Below are positions 51,650 through 64,000 of a stretch of DNA of 64,000 nucleotides, piece by piece. The notes beneath the pieces are model-generated. The model had not been told where the DNA came from, did no database searches, and saw only the letters and a list, made by a program, of their open reading frames with translations. The DNA is from Mytilus californianus. Taxonomy: Eukaryota. How positions within the stretch are numbered: the first letter of the stretch is position 1; every line of letters starts with the position of its first letter. Both the position numbers and the translations under genes were made by a program. The DNA is taken from positions 85,064,001 through 85,128,000 of the forward strand of contig NW_026262745.1 in the NCBI RefSeq assembly GCF_021869535.1, written 5' to 3'.

Positions 51650-53816
51650 TTATTGAAATTTTCCAAATATGTTTTTCCTGTATTCTTTGAATGCAAACTC
51701 GCTTGCTACACTCTTCAAGTCCAAATTATCTGTTTTTGTTTTGTGAACATGCAGCACTATGAGATCGTTCAATCTATCCTGTTTCATGGTCGACCTTAGA
51801 TATGTCTTAATACGACAGAGTGTACTAAACGACCTTTCGCTTGTTGCATTTGTTGCTGGTACATGTAGGACTAAAACTAGTTTTAAGACTGTTACTACTT
51901 CCGACAACAACACTCGTTCTCTAAGTGCCATTCCTCTTATGAACGTGATGATATCTGCAAGTACTATACTTTCTCTTGGTGTTGCGGATTCAAAGACAGT
52001 TGCAAATAGCCTTAACTAGCATTGAAGATTTGCTTCGTGTAAATCTTCTTGATAAAACTGGCAAACTAACTTTAATTCTTCGCTGAAATCCACACCCTTG
52101 ATGCATTTTAGAAGAACTTGCTCTGTATTCAAATAGATGTTGAAGTCTCATTGTTCGAATCTATCAGTAATAGCTTGAACAATATGGTCAACAGCTTGAA
52201 AATATTTTTGACGGTTAAAAATTTTTAGGAGTAGAATGAAACTCTGCAGTTGCTGTCCCAATTTCAAATCTAGATGGCATTCTTCTTTTCCTTGGGAGAA
52301 CTGGTTCTTCAACTGACTTCCGTCTGGATTTCATAACAACATTTTCCCAGAACAAATCAAAGCACTGATCATCTCTCAAGCTTTTCAGAGTTTGAACTGT
52401 CTTCTGGGCAATAGATTTACTTTCAGCAGCTGATAAATCTTTACACTGAAGAGTCCTGCTTAAATTGTCTGCATTTCTAAGCAGAACCTCTGCCAAGGAT
52501 GATCCAAAGTAAAATTCGAATTTCTTCATATGAGCTTGAACTCCCCTTATTCTAGCTTTCATGTCTGTGTCCTTTACTGTCTGCAGGGACCAATCCCATA
52601 AGTCATTAAGGGTGTCGTAGTTATCAATGATACTAAGCAAGGCATCTGCTTTCACTGTCCACCTAGTTGGACATAGAATTCTTATCTTCGAGTTCGGTCT
52701 GTCAAGATCTGTTGCAGCATCTTTACAAATCTTTTCCAGATGTGTATCACGATTGGGCGATTTCTTTACAAGTTTTGTTATCTCGTAAGCAGTATCCATG
52801 GCACTGGAAAGAGATTCATTCTTTTTGATGTTATCTGCACATGCAAGATTAAGCAAATGACCGTGACAATGGTTGTAAAGAGCTTTTGGTTCAATCTCTT
52901 TTATTCTCTGTTGTACCCCCGATTTGCGTCCCGCCATTGCGCTGGCACCATCATATGTTTGGCCTCTACAATTTCCTATGTTAACGTTAAGTCCTACTAA
53001 CACATCTTTGATCGATTCTGCTATAGTTGCAGCCTGTGTGTTGTCTACTTTATAAAGACCAACCAAGTCTTCGTGTGCCTGTAGATGATCGTCAATCCAT
53101 CGTAGACAAACAACTAACTGTTGACGGTTACTTATGTCAGTTGTTTCGTCGGCCAATATGGCAAAAAAGTTGGACTGCCGAATTTCTGTAGCTAAACTTC
53201 TAACAACCTGATCAGACATTATAGAAATGATTTCATTTTGGATCTCAGGTGAGGTATACCTATCTGTTTTTCGTTGAAGCCATTCTTTAAACTTTGGATC
53301 TTCTTGACATCTCAGGTTGTTCAACTGATAGAAATTAGAATCTTTATCATTATCAGCACCTCTGATTGGAAGACCCTGTCTTGCTAAAAACTGAATATTT
53401 GAAATAATTTTCAGGAGAGAATATCTATTTTTTTCTTTTTCTTGACTTGACTGAGTAACTAATGCTTCATCAATGTTTGAATTACTTTTCTCAAAAACCA
53501 GTCTTTGTGTTGATTCTCGATGGCAGTTTGACAGCTCATGTTTATTCAATCCTCTCACAGCATCATTCCAGTTCGTAAATCCAGATGATATGAACTTTTG
53601 TTCTATAGTTCCAGTTGTTATCATATTTTTTTCATATGCAACTGCACAAGGATGGCAATATACTTTATCCTCTTCCTCGCTATAGTGAAGCCATCTATAT
53701 TTCTAAAACCATTGTGGCTGAAATTGACGAAAACGAATCTTATCCTTCCCAAAAGCCCGTTTCGGAAATTTGAACACTTTTGGTTGATGTGGGGTTTCAA
53801 AGCTACTAAGAGGTGT
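51650..53816 (-). pseudogene. hAT transposase, ZMYM1-like (TTF zinc finger, DUF4371-type region, dimerisation domain)
   Basis: Acceptor TTTCAG at 53817. WF*KYRWLHY..VYCHPC, ADETTD, YDGA, HCHGH, PTRW, PATNATSERSFS. TAG at 53703-53705, frameshift near 52215-52225, two more stops downstream. Confidence 0.9.
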
Positions 53817-55444
53817 CTGAAAAAAAGAGAAAATGTAAATTACATTCCCTATCCAAAAATTCATTTGGTTTTGCTGGTGTCGTCAATTAAATTTTATTTA
53901 TACATTTTTTTTAGCATTTATGTTGACAGTTTTTATTTAAATTTAAATTGAACGTTAAACACAAACTTAGGTAACATTTTGATAAAGTTTTAAGATTTAA
54001 CTCAGGTTCGGTCTAGCATCAGAAACAAGCTGCATATCTCTTTTTCAAACTGAAAATACAAACATGGATCACAGAACTTTAGGCATGCACACACGGACAG
54101 ACTAAACAAAAAACCATAGTGCCCAGACCACAAAAGGAATGCAAAAATGTACTTTTATATTAAAAGTTGGAATACAAAATTTTAAAAGCATTGTTATGTT
54201 ACGTCTTCAATTTAAGTCTAAACGTTTTTTAATTAGAAAGGTCTACTGCTGCTTGTCTTTGCTCATCTTCCATGACTGGCTTATTTTTCTTGGGCTAAAA
54301 AGATAAATAAACTTGAGTTTATTCGGACAATAGAGGATTTTTTTTATCCCAATAAATTACGTCTACGATATACTGTCCGAAAATTTCTAAATTTCCAATC
54401 ATCATCAACGAAGAAAGCACTAGCTAGAACTCATGATAACGTTTCCGAATCATTCACTGTTTTACAAATTATAAGACAAATGTTCATACAACAATTCCAT
54501 GTGCATATTTTTTTTTTAATTCTTTCACATTAAAACTGAAAAATGCAGTTAGATCTTTGATTTGTTTTATGTCAGTTATTATTTATTTAACTTTTATCGG
54601 TATGCTTACCCTAAAAAAAGTCATCAATTGTACTGCGCCGCGTTTTATCCTTCCTCCTTGTATTATCGCCATACTTAGGAGATGCAGTGAGTGTTTCTTC
54701 ATGGTCGGTTGTACATGCTGTATGACTTTCCCTTTGACTGTTTTGACTTCCTATAATAGGAATTGGCTAATAAGAATGAACTCAATATATATTAGCTGTT
54801 GTTAACATATATGCAGTCTAAGAAACTAAATAAGAGCACAATTTGAGCTGTTGCCCAGAATAGAAAAAGAAGCCAACAGATCAGGGCAACATGAAGAAAT
54901 CCACTTGTCGTGAGATGTTTATATTCGAATTTAATTAAATATAGAAATAGAAATAAGAAGATGTGGTATGAGTACCAATGAGACAACTCTCAATCCAAGT
55001 AACAGTGTATTAAAAGTTAACAGTTATAGGCTAAAGTAAGGTCTTCAACGCGGAGCCTAGGCACACATTGAACAGCAAGCTATAAAGAGCCCAAAAAATG
55101 ACAGTGTAAAACAATTCAAACAGGAAAACCAACGGTCTAATCTATATACAAAACGAGAGACCAAAAACACCTAGTACGAACCACGGATGACGGACATAAA
55201 GTGACGAAAATAGCTCACAACGGCCTTTGGTCAATTGAGCTAACAGTTTTCCTTACCTTCTTTGAGAAAGACAAAATGATTTGGTGTGAAGTTCTCATGG
55301 GGAAGAGCACCATCGACAGACCATAATATGTAGAGTGGTTTAGCTAAGTTACATTCTTCAAATGGTGTATACAGTCTGTTAAACACGTGTCTATATGGAA
55401 ATCCCGTCTACAAACAAAGATGTTTATATTTAAAAAGTTAATAT

Positions 55445-56460
55445 AACTAGAGGCTCTCAAGAGCCTGTGTCGCTCACCTGTATTTACTGATGCTTTGGAA
55501 ATCATGTAAAATAAGGTTAAAATCATAATTAATAGTATTAGGTATAAGATATTATAATGATATCTCAGATAATAACAAAAAACTGCAAAATTTCTGTAAA
55601 ATTACTAACTCAGGGGCAGCAACCCAACAACGGGTTGTCGGATTCGTCTGAAAATTTCAGGGCAGATAAACCTAAATCTGATGAACATTTTTGACACCTG
55701 TCAGATTTGCTCTAAATGCTTTAGTTTCAGAGATATAAACCAAAAACTGCATTTTACCCCTATGTTCTATTTTTAACCAAGTCGGCCATAATGGTTGAAA
55801 GGCGGGGTCATCGGACAAATTTTTTAAACTAGATACCCTAATAATGATTATGGCAAAGTATGGTTAAATTTGTCTCAGTAGTTTCAGAGAAGAAGATTTT
55901 TGTAAAAGATTACAAAAATTTACGAAAAATTGTTAAAAATTTACTATAAAGGGCAATAACTCCTAAAGGAGTCGACTGACAATTTTGGTCATACAACTTA
56001 TTTGTAGATCTTACTTTGCTGAACATTATTGCTGTTTACAGTTTATCTCTATCTATAATAATATTCAAGAAAATAACCAAAAACTGCAAAATTTCCTTAA
56101 AATTACCAATTCAGGGGCAGCAACCCAACAACAGATAGTCAGATTTGTCTGAAAATTTCAGGGCAGATAGATTTTGACCTGATAATCAGTTTTATCATGT
56201 CAGATTTACTCTAAATGCTTTGGTTTCAGAGATATAAGCAAAAATCTACATTTTACCCCTATGTACTATTTTTAGCCATTGCGGCCATCTTGGTTGGTTG
56301 GCGGGGTCATCGGACACATTTTTAAAGCTAGATACCCTAATGATGATTGTGGCCAAGTTTGGTTATAATTTGGCCCAGTTTCAGAGGAGAAGATTTTTGT
56401 AAAAAGCTAACGACGACGGACGACGACGACGACGACGGACGACGGACGCCAAGTGATGAG
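55445..56460 (+). mobile_element. HINE-like element with 500-bp internal duplication and (GAC/GACG)n microsatellite, truncated at its 3' end by another repeat
   Basis: AACTGCAAAATTTC..AAAATTAC...CAGGGGCAGCAACCCAACAA at ~55581 and ~56081; GACGACGGACG run at 56410-56450. Confidence 0.75.
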
Positions 56461-56804
56461 TACAAAAAATGAACGAAAAACAGATATTTAACACATAAAC
56501 AAACGACAACCATTGAATTACAGGCTCCTGACTTGGGACAGGCACATACATACAGAATGGGGCGGGGTTAAACATGTTAGCGGGATCCCAACCCTTCCCC
56601 TGTGACAGTGGTGTAACAGTAAAACATAAGAGCGAACTATAAAATCAGTTGAAAAGGCTTAACTCATCAGATGGATTCAAATACAAATACTACACGGAGT
56701 GGACATTTTTATTCCACGTTGCATACATAAAATAGTATTTTCCCGATATCCGATGTACAACTATACCAACTTTGAAGAGAAGTAACTTCCCCTCATCCCC
56801 ATGA

Positions 56805-56870
56805 CCCCCCCCCCCTCCCCACCCCCCCCCCCCCCACCCCACCCCACCCCACCCCACCCCACCCCACCCG
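56805..56870 (-). repeat. G-rich tract, (GGGGT)n/poly-G on the minus strand; G-quadruplex-forming motif
   Basis: More than 10 consecutive runs of at least 3 C on the plus strand. Confidence 0.85.
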
Positions 56871-58998
56871 GTGTAAATCATTCAGTAAACCTCGGATAAT
56901 GCTAATTTGGAGACGCTTTCCATTTGCTTAAGTTTTTTTTACTCGAATAAAATACTTATATTTATGACGTGCGTTACATATTTTTAGTCTTTGAGACAGT
57001 GCGAATTTCTTCGGAGTAGTGCTGTTATAAGTTTGAAAATACAAATAAATATAGATCAACAGAATTTGAGCACCAACAACCACTATAAAATCAACATAGC
57101 TTTGCTTAACTGTCACTGGGCACTTTTACTTACATTTGACGGGTACAAGGAGTAAACCGGTCTTTGTATTACATTTGGTAATACAATGAGATGTATCAGA
57201 TTGCTCCAGGTTGGTCTTGGATTTATTGTACATGTATTGAGGGCTTCACATTCTAAAGCTTTAACTCTGAAAATATATTATATTTAACTAGAATATTGTA
57301 GTAGGCACTAGAGACTATTAAAGTACATGATTTACTGACCATATAATTGTAGTAACTATAATATATATATCCTTTTTCAAAATTATGTCAGTGCTTTTTT
57401 TAAACTCTACAGCAAGCAATAAAAACGACTACGATACATCATGAAGGGCCCGTCGGCCTTGGTCCTATTTCTCGGACATGAAAGATTGAAAACGCTTAAA
57501 AATCGAACGGGAGCTTTTTCTAGCAATGCTGTGAATGAATTTAATTTCGATCTGTCGATGCAAACTTGAGTTATCGTAAGACATAGAAAAGTGTGATGGA
57601 CAGACGAACGGACAGACGGGCGGACAGGGCGCCATACCATGGCGGACCCCGATAACGTACATCTGGAGTGGTCATCTTATCGATATCAGAATTCATCCGT
57701 ATACTGTGATAGAACCACACTTATCCTGCAGGAGTAGGAAGTCGTCTTAGTCCCACATTGATCAATGATTATTGTACATTATTAAATATTTTATTATGCA
57801 GCTAAAATGTTGTACTCAAGAGTACTGGACGGCCCCATATGTCGAAACACTCAACGGTGATAGGGTCAATGCATCGGCATAATAACTTTTAAATGGTAAA
57901 CCGTTGATATCTAGTATTCTATATGCTATTAAACAACTATCCATTGCATATTGAACGAATGGACCTCGCTTGACAAAGAATGAAAACACGACCATATGCG
58001 GGGAATAATTGATCATAAGTTTTTCCCCGTCTGATGGACGCTCATACAATCTATCTGCATGGTATGGATAATATATATATACCTGTCTTGATTTGTAGTA
58101 AAAACACGTTCGGCATTTGCAGAGAGGCACATTCTAAAGTTGTCATCCGTTATTAGGGCTTCATGTGAGGTATAAGCCTGGGCATTTATGAACATTTCAA
58201 CTGCACACAGAAGACGTAGATTTTCAGCATATGATTCATTCCCTATAATGGAATGAAATAAGGAATCGACCTTTTTCTGACATTAGATTTACGGTTGAAT
58301 CATTTATGATAAATAAGAATATCAGCCCGAACGAATTTGTATATTCCTTGCAGGTTATTGTAACTGCCCTTCACTTGTTGACAGACGGATGGACCCGAAC
58401 ACTTTATGCCCCTAAATTCGGTAGGAGGGGTATGCAAATGACAATTCAAAACATATAGATTCCTCACTTGAGATTCCTGATTTTATTAATTAAGAGTATC
58501 CGAATCATCAATGAACTAGTATATATACTTTATCAACGGAAGGGAACGACTGAACCCTGCCCTCGGGAGTGGGGTCCATGGCCTGTTGTTTAATACATAT
58601 GTCATGATTTCACACCCCGAACAGAGTTGGTCGTTGTGACTTCTAGGAAATATTATACAATCAAGATACACGTAGCTTGCTTTAAAGGGCGCAACTAAAT
58701 TTCACCAGCGAGTCTTCACGCTTAACCACAAGTCCTACGGCATTGGCTTGTAAAATTGCTTTCTGACTTGTAAAATTCTTCTCTACAAGCCAACAGAATC
58801 TAACTAAAATTTTGAAAAAATTGAGCTTTGGGCTTGTGGACTTAAAAGTTAACCGTGAAGGCTGAGCGACGGTCTCGCGATTTTCGCGCGACAATCGCTT
58901 GATTTATAATATCAATATTTAAATGACCAGAATAGTGATAAATTAATTATAAATACAATGCACTTTCTACAGAAATTCTACACCATTCCTACAGTTTT

Positions 58999-60260
58999 TA
59001 TACGACCGCAAAAACTTTTGCGGTCGTATATTGGTATGACGTTGGCGTCGTCGTCGTCATCCGAAGACACATTGGTTTTCGCACTCTAACTTTAGTTTAA
59101 GTGAATGGATCTCTATGAAATTTTACCATCAGGTTCAATACCACAAAAGGAGTTGGGATTGATTTTGGGGGTTATGGTACCAACAGTTAAGGAATAAGGG
59201 GCCAAAAATAAGCATTTTTGTAACTTCCAGACATAACTTGTGTGTTTGTGTATGGATCTCTCTGACATTGTACCACAAGGTTCCATATCACAAAGGGAAT
59301 GCTGGGATTGATTTTGGGGGTAATTGCCTCAAAATTTTAGGAATTAGGGGCCAAAAAAGGGGCAAAAAACAAGCATTTTTCTAGTTTCATGACACTAACT
59401 TGTGTGTAAGTGTATGGATCTTTCTGAAATTGTACTACAAGGTTCCATATCACAAAGGAAAAGCTGGAATTGAGTTTGGGGGTAATTGCCCAAAAACGTT
59501 TAGGAATAAGGGGCCAAAAATAAGCATTTTTCTTGTTTCCAGACAATAACTTGTGTTCAAGTGTATGGATCTCTCTGAAATTGTACTGCAAGGTACCATA
59601 CCACAAAGAGAAGGCTGGGATTGATTATAGGGGTAATTGCCTCAAAATTTTAGTAATTAAGGGCAAAAAAGGGGCAAAAAACAAGCATTTTTCTAGTTTC
59701 AGGACAATAACTTGTGTGTAAGTGTATGGATCTTTACGAAATTGTACTACAAGATTTCATATTACAAAGGGAAAGCTGGGTTTGAGTTTTGGGGTAATTG
59801 CCCGAAACGTTTAGGAATTTGGGGCCAAAAAAGAAGCATTTTTCTAGTTTCCAGACAATAACTTGAGTTCAAGTGTATGGATCTCTCTGAAATTGTACTG
59901 CAAGGTACCATACCACAAAGGGAAGGCTCGGATTGAGTTTGGGGGTGATGAATCATACGGGGGTTCAAAAAATTTGGGGGGGGGGATTTTTTTTTCTTTA
60001 AAATTTTCCATTTTAAATTGGTTATTTCTGATTTATATATAAAAGCAAATAATAATGATATGGTTTGAATAGGTAGATTATAAATTTTTAAGTTCTTAGA
60101 CCACATTCATTCTGTGTCAGAAACCTATACTGTGTCGAATATTTAATCACAATCCAAATTCAGTGCTGTATCAAGCTTGAATGCTGTGTCCATACTTGCC
60201 CCAACTGTTCAGGGTTCGACCTCTGCGATCGTATCTAGCTGCGCCCAGCGGAGCATTTTA
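58999..60260 (+). mobile_element. Apparently complete HINE-like element with a six-monomer internal tandem array
   Basis: 15-bp perfect palindrome TATACGACCGCAAAA-AC-TTTTGCGGTCGTATA at 58999-59030, (GTC)n, repeats at about 150/160-bp spacing, subterminal inverted copy TGCGATCGTAT at 60224, 3' GC hairpin. Confidence 0.75.
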
Positions 60261-60774
60261 TTCTAAATTATTGTAATGAACAATTGAAAGAGTAAATCGA
60301 CGGTTTCGCGAAAACCGCCGCCCGGTGAAGTATAGATTTTTTTAACGGTGATGTTACTGTATGCTCTGGGTTTATGCATATGTTACGGAAGGACACTTAA
60401 AGCACTACAGAAAGGGATAGGAAGGGGTCTTATCCCCAAATCACGAGTTAAAAAACATGAAATGCCGAAGTCCCGAACAAAACCAATCCCGATTTCCCGA
60501 TCGCGAAATGGTCAATCCAGAATTCCGTTTTTTTCTAATGGTCAATCCAGGAGTCTCGATAAAGGTTATTATACCCCCTTTTACAATACGGTTTCTTACA
60601 TTATTTATAAAAAAAAACATCAGCTCTCATTTCAATTGATATTATGCATGAAATATTTGAAACTGGACGTTAAGAAAACAACAACAACAATCAACCAATC
60701 AACTGATTTTGAACTTGACGTGTGTTGGTTTTATAAAAATAAAAACGAATGAAATCATTACAAAAATCAGTTAC

Positions 60775-61020
60775 CTGCTAAACCTAAGGATGTGGCATTG
60801 TATTAACATTGCCATTTCCAGTTGTTTTGATAGCTATCAGGCTTGTATCTACGACTACATCATCTGGAATCAAAATTTGAGATAATTCATTCAAAGAAAA
60901 ACTGCTGGCTTCTCCACCAAGTTGAATTGTTAAACTTAGAGAACTAGCAACATTGGTGGAGATTTGCTGAATTAGTTGGCGATTGTTGCTGGCTATAGCA
61001 TTCTTCAGATTGTCCATCAT
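60775..61020 (-). pseudogene. Vertnin/OTU-like cysteine protease exon fragment
   Basis: IPDDVVVDTSLIAIKTTGNGN, then after a 1-nt shift YNATSLGLAG and a G|GTAAC donor; matches the (T)GDGNCLYNAxS OTU catalytic-Cys motif with the Cys codon damaged. Confidence 0.6.
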
Positions 61021-61804
61021 GACATTTCAATTTATTCAGTCAGTGTCAGATTAGAGCATGATCCAGGACAACACGAAACATTATTCGCAACAGCATCAAA
61101 ACAATCGCACGATTCCGATTAATTAATAGATTAATTAATTGCTAATCAATAAATCGATTACGGTACTGTGGTTGCGTACGTTGACGTTGCTCTATACTTT
61201 TAACGTTGAGAGACGTTTTTTTTCTTTAAGAAAACAGGCAGAGGTAATTGTAAAACATTTATTGTATGGAAGTTTGCATAATATTCTAACATATTTTTTA
61301 TATATTTTGATTTTTTTTTGGTACGGTTTTCCGTACCTGCAGTTAAAAATGGTACGGTCGGAACCGTACCAACCGTACCGTGTGCTACGGCAGTGCATTG
61401 CTTTGTAAATATATGAGTTTGTCACAACCATTAAATAGAATAATACGACTATAAAGAATATCATTGTTATATACAGTAGTAGTAAATTACCACAAAACAG
61501 GAAGCGAAATATAACAAACATGAGGAAATTCTAAAATTATTAGTCAAGGAAAAAAAAAGGGAGACAACCGTAAGGCAAATGAAAAATGAAATTATAAACA
61601 AATTAAAAAACAAAACAGAGAAAATTTTAAACTTAGCAACATGCACTTCACTTAAACTTGGTAATGCTCCTGAAAGATAATCACTAAATCAGATCATTAT
61701 CCGCACGTGTTGATCAAGCGAATTGAAATCTGGTGACATATTTCTTTTGGGGAAGTCACTCTCGAACAAAAGAGAACAAGAATTTGGTTGCCACAATTGA
61801 AACA

Positions 61805-62040
61805 TATCCGTTGTCATCTGTGACACAGATATTCCATAACAGTCAACCAACATGTGATGGCGTCACTAAAACACTCAAAGTTATGACTTCACATTTACCA
61901 CTTAGAATCACTGGTTCAACAGCTTTCTTGTTAGACGCAATACTCTTTCATGAAAATCATGATAGAAATCGCAATCTCTGGAATCTTGTATCAACTAGAA
62001 GATATACACGCCATATGCAGGCGCTGCTGAAATGTTGGGC
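61805..62040 (-). pseudogene. Penelope-like RT C-terminal fragment
   Basis: PNISAAPAYGVYIF*LIQDSRDC..YHDF.ER...LTRKLLNQ...RHH.LVD.YGISVSQMTT. Confidence 0.7.
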
Positions 62041-64000
62041 CTATCAAATTTTAAGATTGATTTTTTTTACCTCCAAATTGGAATGTAGCTCTTATTGTAA
62101 CTATTATTTCCTTTTTAAAACTTTTTTTCCTGCTTAAGTAATACTTTGATTGTATCTTTGACGCACATGTTGTCAAGCAAGTAAAATATAAAAAGGTAAA
62201 TATTTACTTAAAAGTTTGCAATTTAAGATTAATCTATTGACAAAACCCCACTGCGATTCATAAATTGATATGAAACCCATGTAACTAGATTTTCACAGTA
62301 AAGTGATAATTTTGAGTACATTTTTGTTGTTTATTATTGCTGTATATGTATCGTTGTATTTTTTTTTCTTCTAAAAATTCATCAACGGTTGAAAAAGGAA
62401 CAAGAACTCATAAAAAGTAAGTTTACTATTTCGTTCATGTTGAATTATTTGTAGATCTTATTGTGCTTACGATCTTTGGTAAATGTATGACCAATTTCTT
62501 TCTATCTATTATAGTTTTGCAAAAAATGAAAACAAAAAAACACAATTATCAAGTACAGTAGCCATTTAGGCAAAGTTGATATATTAACAGATCTTATTTT
62601 GCTGAACACTTTTGCTTTTTACAACTTCTATCTATTAAAAGTGTCTGCAAAACGCTCAAAAAATGAGAAAAATTAGTACTTCAAAGGCTCTTATAAGGGT
62701 CTGCCAGGTCGACCTGTTTTGTACATCGTAATGATCTATGGATGATTACTTTTTAGAATTAATCTCTATCTACAGTTTTCAAGATGAAAACAAACAAAAA
62801 ATGCGAAATCTGCAAATAATTAAAATTTAATTTACAATAACTCAAAAATGAGTATTTTTTTCTTCAAATTTCGCAGGTTGATCAGTTCTACCATGTGATG
62901 TTTGCTCTTTAATACTTTCGTTTTTGTCGCATAAATTAAAAAAATCTTAAATGCATTATGAATTAGCACTTCAGGGGCAATACCTCACATGTTTGTAGTC
63001 TGATTTTTCTTAAAATTCCACAGGCGATAGAGCTTGACCAGCTGATCATTTGTTTATCTTAAAAAGTTTGCTCTCATTGCTTAAGTATTTTAGAAATCTG
63101 CACTTCATTCCCTATGCTCTATTTTAGCAACACCAACCTTTATTGTTGATGGATGAAACCCCCGGATATTTAGCTGTAACTGTATATCCTAAGTAACATT
63201 TAAGAAAACTTTGTTGACATATTTATTTGTTCTTATAGTGATTAAGATTATAACACAATATTGACTGCTGTACCCCTATTTTTGACATTTTTACCTATTC
63301 TGTCTGTTTGTTTTGTTCACACATTGTTGTCAATATAATGGAATTGTATGCTACTTTCATAAAAGTGAGGGGTTTAGCTAGCTATAACACCAGGTCTAAT
63401 CCACCATTTTCTACATAAGAAATGCCTGTACCAATATAGGAATATGACAGTTGTTATCCATTTGTTTGATGTGTTTGAGATTTTGATTTTGCCATTTGAT
63501 TAGAGACTTTTCGTTTTGAATTTTCTTTCGAATTCGATATTTTTGTTATTTTACTTTTTTGTAAGCATTAGGCCAAGCAATTTCAGGGGTGAAAGTTATT
63601 TACACGAATCACGTTTCAGTGGAGAAGATTTCGTTTACCTGACGACAACGGATGGACGGATAGACGTCGGATGAACATACTGTTGACGATGGACGAAAAG
63701 TGATGGCAAAGCCTTTGTGGTTTTATAGACCAGTTGAACTTATCTTCAAAATATCCCGTTAAAGGTGGATTGGAGTAAACACTAAATGGCAGCATATTGA
63801 GCCACGGGAAGGAAACCTTGTACTACGGGAAATGTCTCAGTGTATGTTTGTCGCACATTTTTGTTGTTGCTATTTTTACCAAACATACGGATGACTACAA
63901 ATAATGAGTTGATTTTGATTGTCAGTGTAGTATTATAGTTTATAATACGAATATCATTAAATATATAACTGACTTCAACGTCCGATTGGATTTATTATTT

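Larger units (their letters stand above)
50118..61395 (-). mobile_element. Possible 11.3-kb hAT-type element enclosing the transposase and an OTU-like exon
   Basis: Ends CATAGGCGTAGCA and (inverse) CACTGCCGTAGCA match 10/13, both followed by GGTACGG motifs; CATTG lies immediately outside both ends. Confidence 0.4.

Noticed and set aside
57816-58195. Minus-strand ORFs of 104 and 60 aa
   Set aside because: No recognisable motif or convincing splice-site pair; they could be exon remnants but are unsupported.
58710-58864. Small MITE with 14/17 inverted ends
   Set aside because: The TIR match is weak and the TSD ambiguous, so it was not listed as a feature.
60348-60752. 134-aa plus-strand ORF
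   Set aside because: Spans a short repeat-like element and a SINE tail; low-complexity, with no domain signal.
61733-62137. 134-aa plus-strand ORF
   Set aside because: Antisense to a decayed Penelope-like RT fragment.

Overview
AT-rich, repeat-dense eukaryotic genomic DNA. The spliced genes and interspersed-repeat families look like a bivalve mollusc, probably a Mytilus-type mussel (inferred from recalled repeat motifs; no database search was run). Main contents: (1) A three-exon minus-strand gene (14771 to <1) with an NLR-like architecture: DZIP3-type HEPN domain, coiled coil, nSTAND3 P-loop NTPase, and a >1200-aa ankyrin-like array. It carries one in-frame TGA and one frameshift, and an 863-codon open frame missing from the ORF track. 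(2) An intronless multicopper oxidase (laccase-like) with all copper ligands but an in-frame TGA. (3) Many mobile elements: a Ginger2-like integrase transposon in intron 2, a CACTA-ended element nested in a SINE, a spliced ~1257-aa DDE transposase I cannot assign to a family, a decayed Polinton/Maverick fragment, a composite of two near-identical 448-bp TIR elements with reciprocally swapped 4-bp target duplications, a Penelope-type terminal repeat with an intact hammerhead ribozyme core, a ZMYM1-like hAT pseudogene possibly inside an 11.3-kb element that also has an OTU/vertnin-like exon, and several HINE-like elements with internal tandem arrays. No rRNA, true tRNA or CRISPR array was seen.
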